64,000 nt of DNA, from positions 7,378,001-7,442,000 of the forward strand of contig CATNEN010000039.1 of the NCBI GenBank assembly GCA_950097015.1. Direction: 5' to 3'. Positions 12,732-27,700 of the stretch are shown piece after piece. How positions within the stretch are numbered: position 1 is the first letter of the stretch; each line of letters opens with the position of its first letter. Both the position numbers and the translations under genes were made by a program. Below the pieces are notes generated by a model that saw only the letters and a program-made list of their open reading frames with translations, was not told the DNA's origin and ran no database searches. This DNA comes from Macrostomum hystrix (Eukaryota > Animalia > Platyhelminthes).

Positions 12732-15700
12732 GTGAGACCTCGCGATGGTATTTCAAAAGTTCAATACTTTCTCAAGCCATTCGTCGCATAGCTGCTTTAG
12801 GAAGTTCATAGGAAAATTCAAACTAAAATTACAAAAACAGTTCTACAAAAAGTGCATAAATTGTTTACAAAAAAAGCGCTACTATAATATATAGAAATAA
12901 ATTTATAAAATAGATAAACAACTTACTTTAAGCAGCCAACGCCACATACAAAATAAAAAGCGTCATCTAACTAACTCGAAAAATATCCGAAACAACAAGG
13001 CTCTACTGCAAGCAACACAACGACCGGAATGGAAGTCACAACGACGGCAGGAAATGAAATAACAGCTGGCACTATGATATCTGCGACAAACCAAACATCA
13101 GTAGCCAACACGGCAGCTGAAACTATAACAGCATCTACAGCCGAAACAACAGGTGCTACTGCTGCAAATATGGAGACCTCGACAACTGCTTCAACAGTAG
13201 CCAGCTCGACACCACACATGGAGACCACGACAGCTGCTTCAACAGCAGCTAGCACGTCACCACACGTCGAGACCTTGACAGCTGCTTCAACAGTAGCTAG
13301 CACTTTACCACACATGGAGACCTCGACAGCTGCTTCAACAGTAGCCAGCACGTCACCACACATGGAGACCTCGACAGCTGCTTCAACAGTAGCCAGCTCG
13401 TCACCGCACGTCGAGACCTCGACAGCTGCTTCAACAGTAGCCAGCTCGACACCACACATGGAGACCTCGACAGCTGCTTCGACAGTAGCCAGCTCGTCAC
13501 CACACATGGAGACCTCGACAGCTGCTTCAACAGTAGCCAGCTCGTCACCGCACGTCGAGACCTCGACAGCTGCTTCAACAGTAGCCAGCTCGACACCACA
13601 CATGGAGACCTCGACAGCTGCTTCAACAGTAGCTAGCACTTCACCGCACTTCGAGACCTCGACAGCTGCTTCTGGATCCACAGCAGCTCCTGGATCAACA
13701 GAATCGACAGCTGCTTCAACAGCAGCTAGCACGTCACCACACGTCGAGACCTCGACAGCTGCTTCAACAGCAGCTAGCACGTCACCACACATGGAGACCT
13801 CGACAGCTGCTTCAACAGTAGCCAGCTCGACACCACACATGGAGACCTCGACAGCTGCTTCAACAGTAGCCAGCTCGTCAGCACACGTCGAGACCTCGAC
13901 AGCTGCATCAACAGTAGCCAGCTCGTCACCGCACGTCGAGACCTCGACAGCTGCTTCAACAGTAGCCAGCTCGACACCACACATGGATACCACGACAGCT
14001 ACTTCAACAGTAGCTAGCACTTCACCGCACTTCGAGACCTCGACAGCTGCTTCTGGATCCACAGCAGCTCCTGGATCAACAGAATCGACAGCTGCTTCAA
14101 CAGCAGCTAGCACGTCACCACACGTCGAGACCTCGACAGCTGCTTCAACAGCAGCTAGCACTTTACCACACATGGAGACCTCGACAGCTGCTTCAACAGT
14201 AGCCAGCACGTCACCACACATGGAGACCTCGACAGCTGCTTCAACAGTAGCCAGCTCGTCACCGCACGTCGAGACCTCGACAGCTGCTTCAACAGTAGCC
14301 AGCTCGACACCACACATGGAGACCTCGACAGCTGCTTCGACAGTAGCCAGCTCGTCACCACACATGGAGACCTCGACAGCTGCTTCAACAGTAGCCAGCT
14401 CGTCACCGCACGTCGAGACCTCGACAGCTGCTTCAACAGTAGCCAGCTCGACACCACACATGGAGACCTCGACAGCTGCTTCAACAGTAGCTAGCACTTC
14501 ACCGCACTTCGAGACCTCGACAGCTGCTTCTGGATCCACAGCAGCTCCTGGATCAACAGAATCAACAGCTGCTTCAACAGCAGCTAGCACGTCACCACAC
14601 GTCGAGACCTCGACAGCTGCTTCAACAGCAGCTAGCACGTCACCACACATGGAGACCTCGACAGCTGCTTCAACAGTAGCCAGCTCGACACCACACATGG
14701 AGACCTCGACAGCTGCTTCAACAGTAGCCAGCTCGTCAGCACACGTCGAGACCTCGACAGCTGCATCAACAGTAGCCAGCTCGTCACCGCACGTCGAGAC
14801 CTCGACAGCTGCTTCAACAGTAGCCAGCTCGACACCACACATGGATACCACGACAGCTACTTCAACAGTAGCTAGCACTTCACCGCACTTCGAGACCTCG
14901 ACAGCTGCTTCTGGATCCACAGCAGCTCCTGGATCAACAGAATCGACAGCTGCTTCAACAGCAGCTAGCACGTCACCACACGTCGAGACCTCGACAGCTG
15001 CTTCAACAGCAGCTAGCACGTCACCACACATGGAGACCTCAACAGCTGCTTCAACAGTAGCCAGCTCGACACCACACATGGAGACCTCGACAGCTGCTTC
15101 AACAGTAGCCAGCTCGTCAGCACACGTCGAGACCTCGACAGCTGCATCAACAGTAGCCAGCTCGACACCACACATGGAGACCTCGACAGCTGCTTCAACA
15201 GTAGCCAGCTCGACACCACACATGGAGACCTCGACAGCTGCTTCAACAGTAGCCAGCTCGTCAGCACACGTCGAGACCTCGACAGCTGCATCAACAGTAG
15301 CCAGCTCGTCACCGCACGTCGAGACCTCGACAGCTGCTTCAACAGTAGCCAGCTCGACACCACACATGGATACCACGACAGCTACTTCAACAGTAGCTAG
15401 CACTTCACCGCACTTCGAGACCTCGACAGCTGCTTCTGGATCCACAGCAGCTCCTGGATCAACAGAATCGACAGCTGCTACAACAGCAGCTAGCACGTCA
15501 CCACACGTCGAGACCTCGACAGCTGCTTCAACAGCAGCTAGCACGTCACCACACATGGAGACCTCGACAGCTGCTTCAACAGTAGCCAGCTCGACACCAC
15601 ACATGGAGACCTCGACAGCTGCTTCAACAGTAGCCAGCTCGTCAGCACACGTCGAGACCTCGACAGCTGCATCAACAGTAGCCAGCTCGACACCACACAT

Positions 15701-18700
15701 GGAGACCTCGACAGCTGCTTCAACAGTAGCTAGCACTTCACCGCACTTCGAGACCTCGACAGCTGCTTCTGGATCCACAGCAGCTCCTGGATCAACAGCA
15801 TCGACAACTGCTTCAACAGTAGCCAGCTCGACACCACACATGGATACCACGACAGCTACTTCAACAGTAGCTAGCACTTCACCGCACATCGAGACCTCGA
15901 CAGCTGCTTTTGGATCCACAGCAGTTCCTGGATCAACAGAATCGACAGCTGCTTCAATAGTAGCCAGCTCGTCAGCAAACGTCGAGACCTCGACAGCTGC
16001 ATCAACAGTAGCCAGCTCGACACCACACATGGAGACCTCGACAGCTGCTTCAACAGTAGCCAGCTCGACACCACACATGGAGACCTCGACAGCTGCTTCA
16101 ACAGTAGCCAGCTCGTCACCGCACGTCGCGACCTCGACAGCTGCTTCAACAGTAGCCAGCTCGTCACCGCACGTCGAGACCTCGACAGCTGCTTCAACAG
16201 TAGCCAGCACTTCACCGCACATCAAGACCTCGACAGCTGCTTCTGGATCCACAGCAGCTCCTGGATCAACAGAATCGACAGCTGCTTCAACAGCAGCTAG
16301 CACGTCACCATACGTCGAGACCTCGACAGCTGCATCAACAGTAGCCAGCTCGACACCACACATGGAGACCTCGACAGCTGCTTCAACAGTAGCTAGCACG
16401 TCACCACACATGGAGACCTCGACAGCTGCTTCAACAGTAGCCAGCTCGTCACCGCACGTCGAGACCTCGACAGCTGCTTCAACAGTAGCCAGCTCGACAC
16501 CACTCATGGAGACCACGACAGCTGCTTCAACAGTAGCCAGCTCGTCACCACACGTCGAGACCTCGACAGCTGCATCAACAGTAGCCAGCTCGACACCACA
16601 CATGGAGACCTCGACAGCTGCTTCAACAGTAGCTAGCACGTCACCACACATGGAGACCTCGACAGCTGCTTCAACAGTAGCTAGCTCGTCACCGCACGTC
16701 GAGACCTCGACAGCTACTTCAACAGTAGCCAGCTCGACACCACACATGGAGACCACGACAGCTGCTTCAACAGTAGCCAGCTCGTCACCACACGTCGAGA
16801 CCTCGACAGCTGCTTCAACAGTAGCCATCTCGTCACCACACATGGAGACCTCGACAGCTGCTTCAACAGTAGCCATCTCGTCACCACACATGGAGACCTC
16901 GACAGCTGCTTCAACAGTAGCCAGCACGTCACCGCACGTCGCGACCTCGACAGCTGCTTCAACAGTAGCCAGCTCGTCACCGCACGTCGAGACCTCGACA
17001 GCTGCTTCAACAGTAGCCAGCTCGACACCACACATGGAGACCACGACAGCTGCTTCAACAGTAGCCAGCTCGTCACCGCACGTCGAGACTTCGACAGCTG
17101 CTTCAACAGTAGCCATCTCGTCACCACACGTCGAGACCTCGACAGCTGCTTCAAACGTTGCTAGCACGTCACCACACGTCGAGACCTCGACAGCTGCTTC
17201 AACAGTAGCCAGCTCGACACCACACATAGAGACCACGACAGCTCCTTCAACAGTAGCTAGCACTTCACCACACATCGAGACCTCGACAGCTGCTTCTGGA
17301 TCCACAGCAGCTCCTGGATCAACAGCATCGACAACTGCTTCAACAGCAGCCAGCTCGTCAGCACACGTCGAGACCTCGACAGCTGCATCAACAGTAGCCA
17401 GCTCGTCACCGGACGTCGAGACCTCGACAGCTGCTTCAACAGTAGCCAGCTCGTCACCGCACGTCGAGACCTCGACAGCTGCTTCAACAGTAGCCAGCTC
17501 GTCACCGCACGTCGAGACCTCGACAGCTGCTTCAACAGTAGCCAGCTCGACACCACACATGGAGACCACGACAGCTGCTTCAACAGTAGCCAGCTCGTCA
17601 CCACACGTCGAGACTTCGACAGCTGCTTCAACAGTAGCTAGCACTTCACCACACATCGAGACCTCGACAGCTGCTTCTGGATCCACAGCAGCTCCTGGAT
17701 CAACAGCATCGACAGCTGCTTCAACAGTAGCCAGCTCGTCAGCACACGTCGAGACCTCGACAGCTGCATCAACAGTAGCCAGTACGTCACCACACATGGA
17801 GACCTCGACAGCTGCTTCAACAGTAGCCAGCTCGACACCACACATGGAGACCTCGACAGCTGCTTCAACAGTAGCCAGCTCGTCACCGCACGTCGAGACC
17901 TCGACTGCTGCTTCAACAGTAGCCAGCACGTCACTACACATCGAGACCTCGACAGCTGCTTCTGGATCCACAGCAGCTCCTGGATCAACAGCATCGACAA
18001 CTGCTTCAACAGCAGCTAGCACGTCAGCACACGTAGAGACCTCGACAGCTACTTCAACAGTAGCCAGCGCGACACCACACATGGAGACCTTGACAGCTGC
18101 TTCAACAGTAGCCAGCTCGTCACCACACATGGAGACTTCGACAGCTGCATCAACAGTAGCCAGTACGTCACAACATATCGAGATCTCGACAGCTGCTTTA
18201 ACATTTGCTAGCACGTCACCACACGTCGAGACCTCGACAGCTGCTTCAACAGTAGCTAGCACTTCACCACACATCGAGACCTCGACAGCTGCTTCAACAG
18301 TAGCTAGCACGTCACCACACATGGAGACCTCGACAGCTGCTTCAACAGTAGCCAGCTCGACACCACACATGGAGACCTCGACAGCTGCTTCAACAGTAGC
18401 CAGCTCGTCACCACACGTCGAGACCTCGACAGCTGCTTCAACAGTAGCCAGCACGTCACCACACATCGAGACCTCGACAGCTGCTTCTGGATCCACAGCA
18501 GCTCCTGGATCAACAGAATCGACAGCTGCTTCAACAGCAGCTAGCACGTCACCACACGTCGAGACCTCGACAGCTGCTTCAACAGTAGCTAGCACGTCAC
18601 CACACATGGAGACCTTGACAGCTGCTTCAACAGTAGCCAGCTCGTCACCACACATGGAGACTTCGACAGCTGCATCAACAGTAGCCAGTACGTCACAACA

Positions 18701-21700
18701 TATCGAGATCTCGACAGCTGCTTTAACATTTGCTAGCACGTCACCACACGTCGAGACCTCGACAGCTGCTTCAACAGTAGCTAGCACTTCACCACACATC
18801 GAGACCTCGACAGCTGCTTCAACAGTAGCTAGCACGTCACCACACATGGAGACCTCGACAGCTGCTTCAACAGTAGCCAGCTCGTCACCACACGTCGAGA
18901 CCTCGACAGCTGCTTCAACAGTAGCCAGCACGTCACCACACATCGAGACCTCGACAGCTGCTTCTGGATCCACAGCAGCTCCTGGATCAACAGAATCGAC
19001 AGCTGCTTCAACAGCAGCTAGCACGTCACCACACGTCGAGACCTCGACAGCTGCTTCAACAGTAGCTAGCACGTCACCACACATGGAGACCTCGACAGCT
19101 GCTTCAACAGTAGCCAGCTCGTCACCACACATCGAGACCTCGACAGCTGCTTCAGCAGTTGCTAGCACGTCACCCCACATCGAAACATCGATAGCTGCTT
19201 CTGGATCCACAGCAGCTCCTGGATCAACAGCATCGACAACTGCTTCAACAGCAGCTAGCACGTCACCACACGTCGAGACCTCGACAGCTGCATCAACAGT
19301 AGCCAGCTCGACACCACACATGGAGACCTCGACAGCTGCTTCAACAGTAGCCAGCACGTCACCACACATCGAGACCTCGACAGCTGCTTCTGGATCCACA
19401 GCCGCTCCTGGATCAACAGCATCGACAACTGCTTCAACAGCAGCTAGCACGTCACCACACGTCGAGACCTCGACAGCTGCATCAACAGTAGCTAGCACGT
19501 CACCACACATGGAGACCTCGACAGCTGCTTCAACAGCAGCCAGCTCGTCACCACACATGGAGACCTCGACAGCTGCATCAACAGTAGCCAGCTCGACACC
19601 ACACGTCGAGACCTCGACAGCTGCATCAACAGTAGCCAGTACGTCACAACATATTGAGACCTCAACAGCTGCTTCAACAGTAGCTAGCACTTCACCACAC
19701 ATCGAGACCTCGACAGCTGCTTCAACAGTAGCTAGCACGTCACCACACATGGAGACCTCGACAGCTGCTTCAACAGTAGCCAGCTCGACACCCCACATGG
19801 AGACCTCGACAGCTGCTTCAACAGTAGCCAGCTCGTCACCACACGTCGAGACCTCGACAGCTGCTTCAACAGTAGCCAGCACGTCACCACACATCGAGAC
19901 CTCGACAGCTGCTTCTGGATCCACAGCAGCTCCTGGATCAACAGAATCGACAGCTGCTTCAACAGCAGCTAGCACGTCACCACACGTCGAGACCTCGACA
20001 GCTGCTTCAACAGTAGCTCGCACGTCACCACACATGGAGACCTCGACAGCTGCTTCAACAGTAGCCAGCTCGTCACCACACATCGAGACCTCGACAGCTG
20101 CTTCAGCAGTTGCTAGCACGTCACCACACATCGAGACATCGACAGCTGCTTCTGGATCCACAGCAGCTCCTGGATCAACAGCATCGACAACTGCTTCAAC
20201 AGCAGCTAGCACGTCACCACACGTCGAGACCTCGACAGCTGCATCAACAGTAGCCAGCTCGACACCACACATGGAGACCTCGACAGCTGCTTCAACAGTA
20301 GCCAGCACGTCACCACACATCGAGACCTCGACAGCTGCTTCTGGATCCACAGCAGCTCCTGGATCAACAGCATCGACAACTGCTTCAACAGCAGCTAGCA
20401 CGTCACCACACGTCGAGACCTCGACAGCTGCATCAACAGTAGCTAGCACGTCACCACACATGGAGACCTCGACAGCTGCTTCAACAGCAGCCAGCTCGTC
20501 ACCACACATGGAGACCTCGACAGCTGCATCAACAGTAGCCAGCTCGACACCACACGTCGAGACCTCGACAGCTGCATCAACAGTAGCCAGTACGTCACAA
20601 CATATTGAGACCTCAACAGCTGCTTCAACAGTAGCCAGCTCGTCACAACATATCGAGACCTCGACAGCGGCTTCAACAGTAGCCAGCTCGTCACCACACG
20701 TCGAGACCTCGACAGCTGCATCAACAGTAGCTAGCACGTCACCACACGTCGAGACTTCGACAGCTGCTTCAAACGTTGCTAGCACGTCACCACACATCGA
20801 GACCTCGACAGCTGCTTCTGGATCCACAGCAGCTCCTGGATCAACAGAATCGACAGCTGCTTCAACAGCAGCTAGCACGTCACCACACGTCGAGACCTCG
20901 ACAGCTGCTTCAACAGTAGCTCGCACGTCACCACACATGGAGACCTCGACAGCTGCTTCAACAGTAGCCAGCTCGTCACCACACATCGAGACCTCGACAG
21001 CTGCTTCAGCAGTTGCTAGCACGTCACCACACATCGAGACATCGATAGCTGCTTCTGGATCCACAGCAGCTCCTGGATCAACAGCATCGACAACTGCTTC
21101 AACAGCAGCTAGCACGTCACCACACGTCGAGACCTCGACAGCTGCATCAACAGTAGCCAGCTCGACACCACACATGGAGACCTCGACAGCTGCTTCAACA
21201 GTAGCCAGCACGTCACCACACATCGAGACCTCGACAGCTGCTTCTGGATCCACAGCAGCTCCTGGATCAACAGCATCGACAACTGCTTCAACAGCAGCTA
21301 GCACGTCACCACACGTCGAGACCTCGACAGCTGCATCAACAGTAGCTAGCACGTCACCACACATGGAGACCTCGACAGCTGCTTCAACAGCAGCCAGCTC
21401 GTCACCACACATGGAGACCTCGACAGCTGCATCAACAGTAGCCAGCTCGACACCACACGTCGAGACCTCGACAGCTGCATCAACAGTAGCCAGTACGTCA
21501 CAACATATTGAGACCTCAACAGCTGCTTCAACAGTAGCCAGCTCGTCACAACATATCGAGACCTCGACAGCGGCTTCAACAGTAGCCAGCTCGTCACCAC
21601 ACGTCGAGACCTCGACAGCTGCATCAACAGTAGCTAGCACGTCACCACACGTCGAGACTTCGACAGCTGTTTCAAACGTTGCTAGCACGTCACCACACAT

Positions 21701-24700
21701 CGAGACCTCGACAACTGCTTCTGGATCCACAGCAGCTCCTGGATCAACAGCATCTCCAGTATCGACGGAAGCTCCTGGATCAACTGCAGTGCCAGGATCG
21801 ACAGCAGCTCCTGGATCAACAGCAGCTCCCGGATCAACGGAAGCTTTTATAACCACCGTAGCACCTCGATCAACTGCAGCTCCTGGATCACCAGCAGCTC
21901 CAGTATCGACGGCAGCTCCTGGATCAACTGCGGCACATGGATCAACAGCAGCTCCAGTATCGACTGTTGCTCCATCATCGACAGCAGCTCCTGGATCCAC
22001 AGCAAGTACTGGATCGACAGCAGCTCCTGGATCAACTGCAGCTCTAGTATCGACGGCAGCTCCAGGATCAACTGCTGCACCTGGATCGACTGCAGCTCCT
22101 GGATCAACTGCTGCTCCTTCATCGACAGCAGCTCCTGGATCCACAGCAAGTCCTGGATCGACAGCAGCTCCTGGATCAACTGCAGCTCCAGTATCGACTG
22201 CAGCTCCTGGATCAACTGCTGCACATGGATCATCAGCAGCTCCATCATCGACAGCAGCTCCTGGATCCACAGCAAGTCCTGGATCGACAGCAGCTCCTGG
22301 ATCAACTGCAGCTCTAGTATCGACGGCAGCTCCAGGATCAACTGCTGCACCTGGATCGACTGCAGCTCCTGGATCAACTGCTGCCCCTGGATCGACTGCA
22401 GCTCGTGGATCGACTGCAGCTCCTGGATCAACTGCTGCACCTGGATCGACTGCAGCTCCTGGATCAACTGCTGCTCCTTCATCGACAGCAGCTCCTGGAT
22501 CCACAGCAAGTCCTGGATCGACAGCAGCTCCTGGATCAACTGCAGCTCCAGTATCGACTGCAGCTCCTGGATCAACTGCTGCACATGGATCATCAGCAGC
22601 TCCATCATCGACAGCAGCTCCTGGATCCACAGCAAGTCCTGGATCGACAGCAGCTCCTGGATCAACTGCAGCTCTAGTATCGACGGCAGCTCCAGGATCA
22701 ACTGCTGCACCTGGATCGACTGCAGCTCCTGGATCAACTGCTGCCCCTGGATCGACTGCAGCTCCTGGATCGACTGCAGCTCCTGGATCAACTGCAGCTC
22801 TAGTATCGACGGCAGCTCCTGGATCCACTGCTGCACCTGCCACTACCCCCGCTCTTGTTACGGCAGCTGCTTCTGTAACTGTGACCACTTTCCATACGAC
22901 CACGGTGCCGACCACAACCACCACGGCTGCGCCAGCGTGTTATCCAAGCTACTGCTTGAATGACGGTGTTTGCGTAGTTTCCAACAGTGTTCTAAGATGC
23001 AATTGCCCGCTGAACAAAGGCGGAGACCGTTGCACCGAGGGTGCGTTTCTTTATTGTTACCTACCACAGTAATTGCGTTTTTGCTTAAAAAAATCACTGC
23101 ATGATACATTCCAGATGCCATCATCACTAAACCCAAGCTAAAGGTGAACAAGCCTTACGAAACAGCTATGGACGATATAAGGAGCTCGGCTGCGTTGAAC
23201 TTCTGGAGAGATTTTGTGACCTTCGTAAGTCTTCTAGGATGGATACAAAGCTCTGATAATAAACGTCATATAAAACCGCTTCTCTGAATTGCAGTTCCTT
23301 GCAGCACTTAGTCGGTCAAGCAATTTGAAAATCGGCAGGGCCAGACACGAGCTGACTCTGTTGGTTCTCAGACCGGGCTCTGTTGAGACCGAGTTCACGC
23401 ACAAAATAATCACCGAAAATGCCAGCTTAATAACTCAGGAATCTATTGCTCCAGCAATTGAGTCCGGTGTAGCAAGCCTGGCATCATCGAATGATACGAG
23501 CTTCAATTTTTCCGTCAGCAACATATCCACGTCAGGTGAGTTTACTGAGCTGAGAAGGTCAGGTACTTCCAATGCACAGCTTACAGCAATACCTAAACTT
23601 GTAATTAAACTTCAAATATCTGAATGAAACTAATTTCAGAGCCAAACCTGTGCACCAACGGAAGCTGCTCAGCCTATGCAACTTGCAATAACCGCACGTC
23701 TAACCTGTCAGCCCTTTGTACCTGCAACCCTGGCTACAGAAGCGATTCCAACAATTCATATCCGGGTTTTCTGTGCACTCAGCAGTGCGACAATGCATCG
23801 TGTGCCGCTGACGAAACATGCAGGGAGAACTCTGGTGGACTTTACACATGTACAAGAATAACAACAAAAGCACCGATAGAAACCACAGAAGCAATGGTAT
23901 CCACTGCAGCTCCAGGAACGACAGCAGCAGCTGGATCTACGGCAGCTCCTGGATCCACTGCAGCTCCAGGAACGACAGCTGCAGCTGGATCTACAGCAGC
24001 TCCTGGATCCACTGAAGCTCCAGGATCAACTGGAGCTCCTGGATCGACAACAGGTCTTGTATCGACGGCAGCTCCAGGATCAAGTGCACCTCCAGGATCG
24101 AGTGCACATCCTGTATCGAGTGCACCTCCTGGATCGACAGCAGCCCCTGGATCGACAGCAGCTCCGGGATCAACATTATCTCCAGGATCGACACCAATGC
24201 CTGGATCGACTGCAGCTCCTGGATCGACCGCAGACTTAGGATCGACAGCTGCTCCTGGATCGACGGCAGCTCCGGAATCCACTGCGGTCCCAGGATCAAC
24301 TGAAGCTCTTGGATCGACAGCTGCTCCTGGATCGACTTTAGCTCCTGGGTCGACTGCAGCTCCTGGATCGACCGCAGTCTTAGGATCGACAGCTGCTCCT
24401 GGATCGAGTGCAGCTCCTGGATCGACAGCAGCTCCAGGATCAACAGTATCTCCAGGATCAACACCAATGCCAGGATCGACAGCAGCTCTGGGATCGACAG
24501 CAGCTCCTGGATCGACACCAATGGCCGTATCAACTGCAGCTCCTGGATCGACAGCAGCTCCAGGATCTACAGCAGGTACTGGATACACTGCAGTCCCAGT
24601 ATCAACTGGAGCTCCTGAATCGACACCAATGCCTGGATCGATTACAGCACCTGGATCGACAGCAGCTCCAGGATCGACAGCAGCTCCCGTATCGACTGCA

Positions 24701-27700
24701 GCCCCAGGATCGACAGGAGTTCCTGGATCGACAGCAGCTCCCGAATCAACGTTAGCTTCTTTAACGACCGTAGCACCAGGATCAACTGCAGCTCCTGGAT
24801 CGACAGCAGCTCCAGGATCGACGGCCGCTCCTAGATCGACTTTTGCTCCTGGATCGAGTGCACCTCCTGGATCGAGTGCACCTCCTGGATCAACTGCAGC
24901 TCCGGGATCCACTGCAGTCCCAGGATCAACTGGAGTTCCTGGATCGACAGCGGCTACGGGATCGACAGCAGCTCCTGGATCCACTGCAGCTCCGGGATCA
25001 ACAGTATCTCCAGGATCGTCACCAATGCCCGGATCGACTGCAGCTCCTGGATCGAGTGCACTTCCTGCATCGAGTGCACCTCCTGAATCCACTGCAGCTC
25101 CGGGATCAACAGTATCTCCAGGATCGTCACCAATGCCCGGATCAACTGCAGCTCCTGGATCGAGTGCACTTCCTGCATCGAGTGCATCTCCTGGATCGAC
25201 TGCAGCTCCGGGATCGACAGAAGCTCCTGGATCCACTGCAGCTCCCGGATCAACAGTATCTCCAGGATCGTCACCAATGCCCGGATCGACTGCAGCTCCT
25301 GGATCGACCGCAGTCTTAGGATCGACAGCTGCTCCTGGATCGACTGCAGCTCCTGGATCGACTGCAGCACCTGGATCGACCGCAGTCTTAGGATCGACAG
25401 CTGCTCCTGGATCCAGTGAAGCTCCTGGATCGACGGCAGCTCTAGGATCGACAGCATCTCCAGGATCCACTGCGGTCCCAGGATCAACTGAAGCTCCTGG
25501 ATCGACTTTAGCTCCTGGATCGAGTGCACTTCCTGGATCGACTGCAGATCCGGGATCGACAGAAGCTCCTGGATCCACTGCAGCTCCCGGATCAACAGCA
25601 TCTCCAGGATCGTCACCAATGCCCGGATCGACTGCAGCTCCTGGATCGACCGCAGTCTTAGGATCGACAGCTGCTCCTGGATCGACTGCAGCTCCTGGAT
25701 CGACAGCAGCTCCAGGATCGTCACCAATGCCCGGATCGACTGCAGCACCTGGATCGACCGCAGTCTTAGGATCGACAGCTGCTCCTGGATCCAGTGAAGC
25801 TCCTGGATCGACGGCAGCTCCAGGATCGACAGCAGCTCCAGGATCCACTGCGGTCCCAGGATCAACTGAAGCTCCTGGATCGACTTTAGCTCCTGGATCG
25901 AGTGCACTTCCTGCATCGAGTGCACCTCCTGGATCGACTGCAGCTCCGGGATCGACAGTATCTCCAGGATCGTCACCAATGCCCGGATCAACTGCAGCTC
26001 CTGGATCGAGTGCACTTCCTGCATCGAGTGCATCTCCTGGATCGACTGCAGCTCCGGGATCGACAGAAGCTCCTGGATCCACTGCAGCTCCCGGATCAAC
26101 AGTATCTCCAGGATCGTCACCAATGCCCGGATCGACTGCAGCTCCTGGATCGACCGCAGTCTTAGGATCGACAGCTGCTCCTGGATCGACTGCAGCTCCT
26201 GGATCGACTGCAGCACCTGGATCGACCGCAGTCTTAGGATCGACAGCTGCTCCTGGATCCAGTGAAGCTCCTGGATCGACGGCAGCTCTAGGATCGACAG
26301 CATCTCCAGGATCCACTGCGGTCCCAGGATCAACTGAAGCTCCTGGATCGACTTTAGCTCCTGGATCGAGTGCACTTCCTGGATCGACTGCAGATCCGGG
26401 ATCGACAGAAGCTCCTGGATCCACTGCAGCTCCCGGATCAACAGCATCTCCAGGATCGTCACCAATGCCCGGATCGACTGCAGCTCCTGGATCGACCGCA
26501 GTCTTAGGATCGACAGCTGCTCCTGGATCGACTGCAGCTCCTGGATCGACAGCAGCTCCAGGATCGTCACCAATGCCCGGATCGACTGCAGCACCTGGAT
26601 CGACCGCAGTCTTAGGATCGACAGCTGCTCCTGGATCCAGTGAAGCTCCTGGATCGACGGCAGCTCCAGGATCGACAGCAGCTCCAGGATCCACTGCGGT
26701 CCCAGGATCAACTGAAGCTCCTGGATCGACTTTAGCTCCTGGATCGAGTGCACTTCCTGCATCGAGTGCACCTCCTGGATCGACTGCAGCTCCGGGATCG
26801 ACAGAAGCTCCTGGATCCACTGCAGCTCCCGGATCAACAGTATCTCCAGGATCGACACCAATGCCCGGATCGACTGCAGCTCCTGGATCGACCGCAGTCT
26901 TAGGATCGACAGAAGCTCCTGGATCCACTGCAGCTCCCGGATCAACAGTATCTCCAGGATCGACACCAATGCCCGTATCGACTGCAGCTCCTGGATCGAC
27001 AGCAGCTTCTGGATCGACTTTAGCTCCTGGGTCGACAGCAGCTTCTGGATCGACTTTAGCTCCTGGGTCGACAGCAGCTCCTGGATCGACAGCAGCTTCT
27101 GGATCGACACCAATGCCTGGATCGACTGCAGCTCCTGGATCGACTGCAGCTCCTGGATCGACTGCAGCTCCTGGATCGACTGCAGCTCCTGGATCGACTG
27201 CAGCTCCTGGATCGACTGCAGCTCCTGGATCGACTGCAGCTCCAGGATCGACTTTAGCTCCAGGGTCGACAGCAGCTTCTGGATCGACTTTAGATCCTGG
27301 ATCGACAGCAGCTTCTGGATCGACACCAATGCCTGGATCGACTGCAGCTCCTGGATCGACCGCAGTCTTAGGATCGACAGCTGCTCCTGGATCGACTGCA
27401 GCTCCTGGATCGACAGCAGCTCCTGGATCGACTGCAGCTCCTGGATCGACAGCTGCTCCTGGATCGACAGCTGCTCCTGGATCGACAGCTGCTCCTGGAT
27501 CGACAGCAGCTCCAGGATCAACACCAATGCCAGGATCGACAGCAGCTCTGGGATCGACAGCAACTCCCGGATCAACAGTATCTCCAGGATTGACACCAAT
27601 GGCCGTATCAACTGCAGCTCCTGGATCGACAGCAGCTCCTGGATCGACTTTAGCTCCTGGATCGACAGCAGCTCCAGGATCTACAGCAGGTACTGGATAC

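Noticed and set aside
12971-22924. 3317-aa antisense ORF (and the 2126-, 731- and 788-aa antisense ORFs over the other PTS exons)
   Set aside because: Codon-register mirror of the sense mucin repeats, whose codon usage happens to avoid antisense stops. No signal peptide, domain or splice structure, while the sense strand has all of these.
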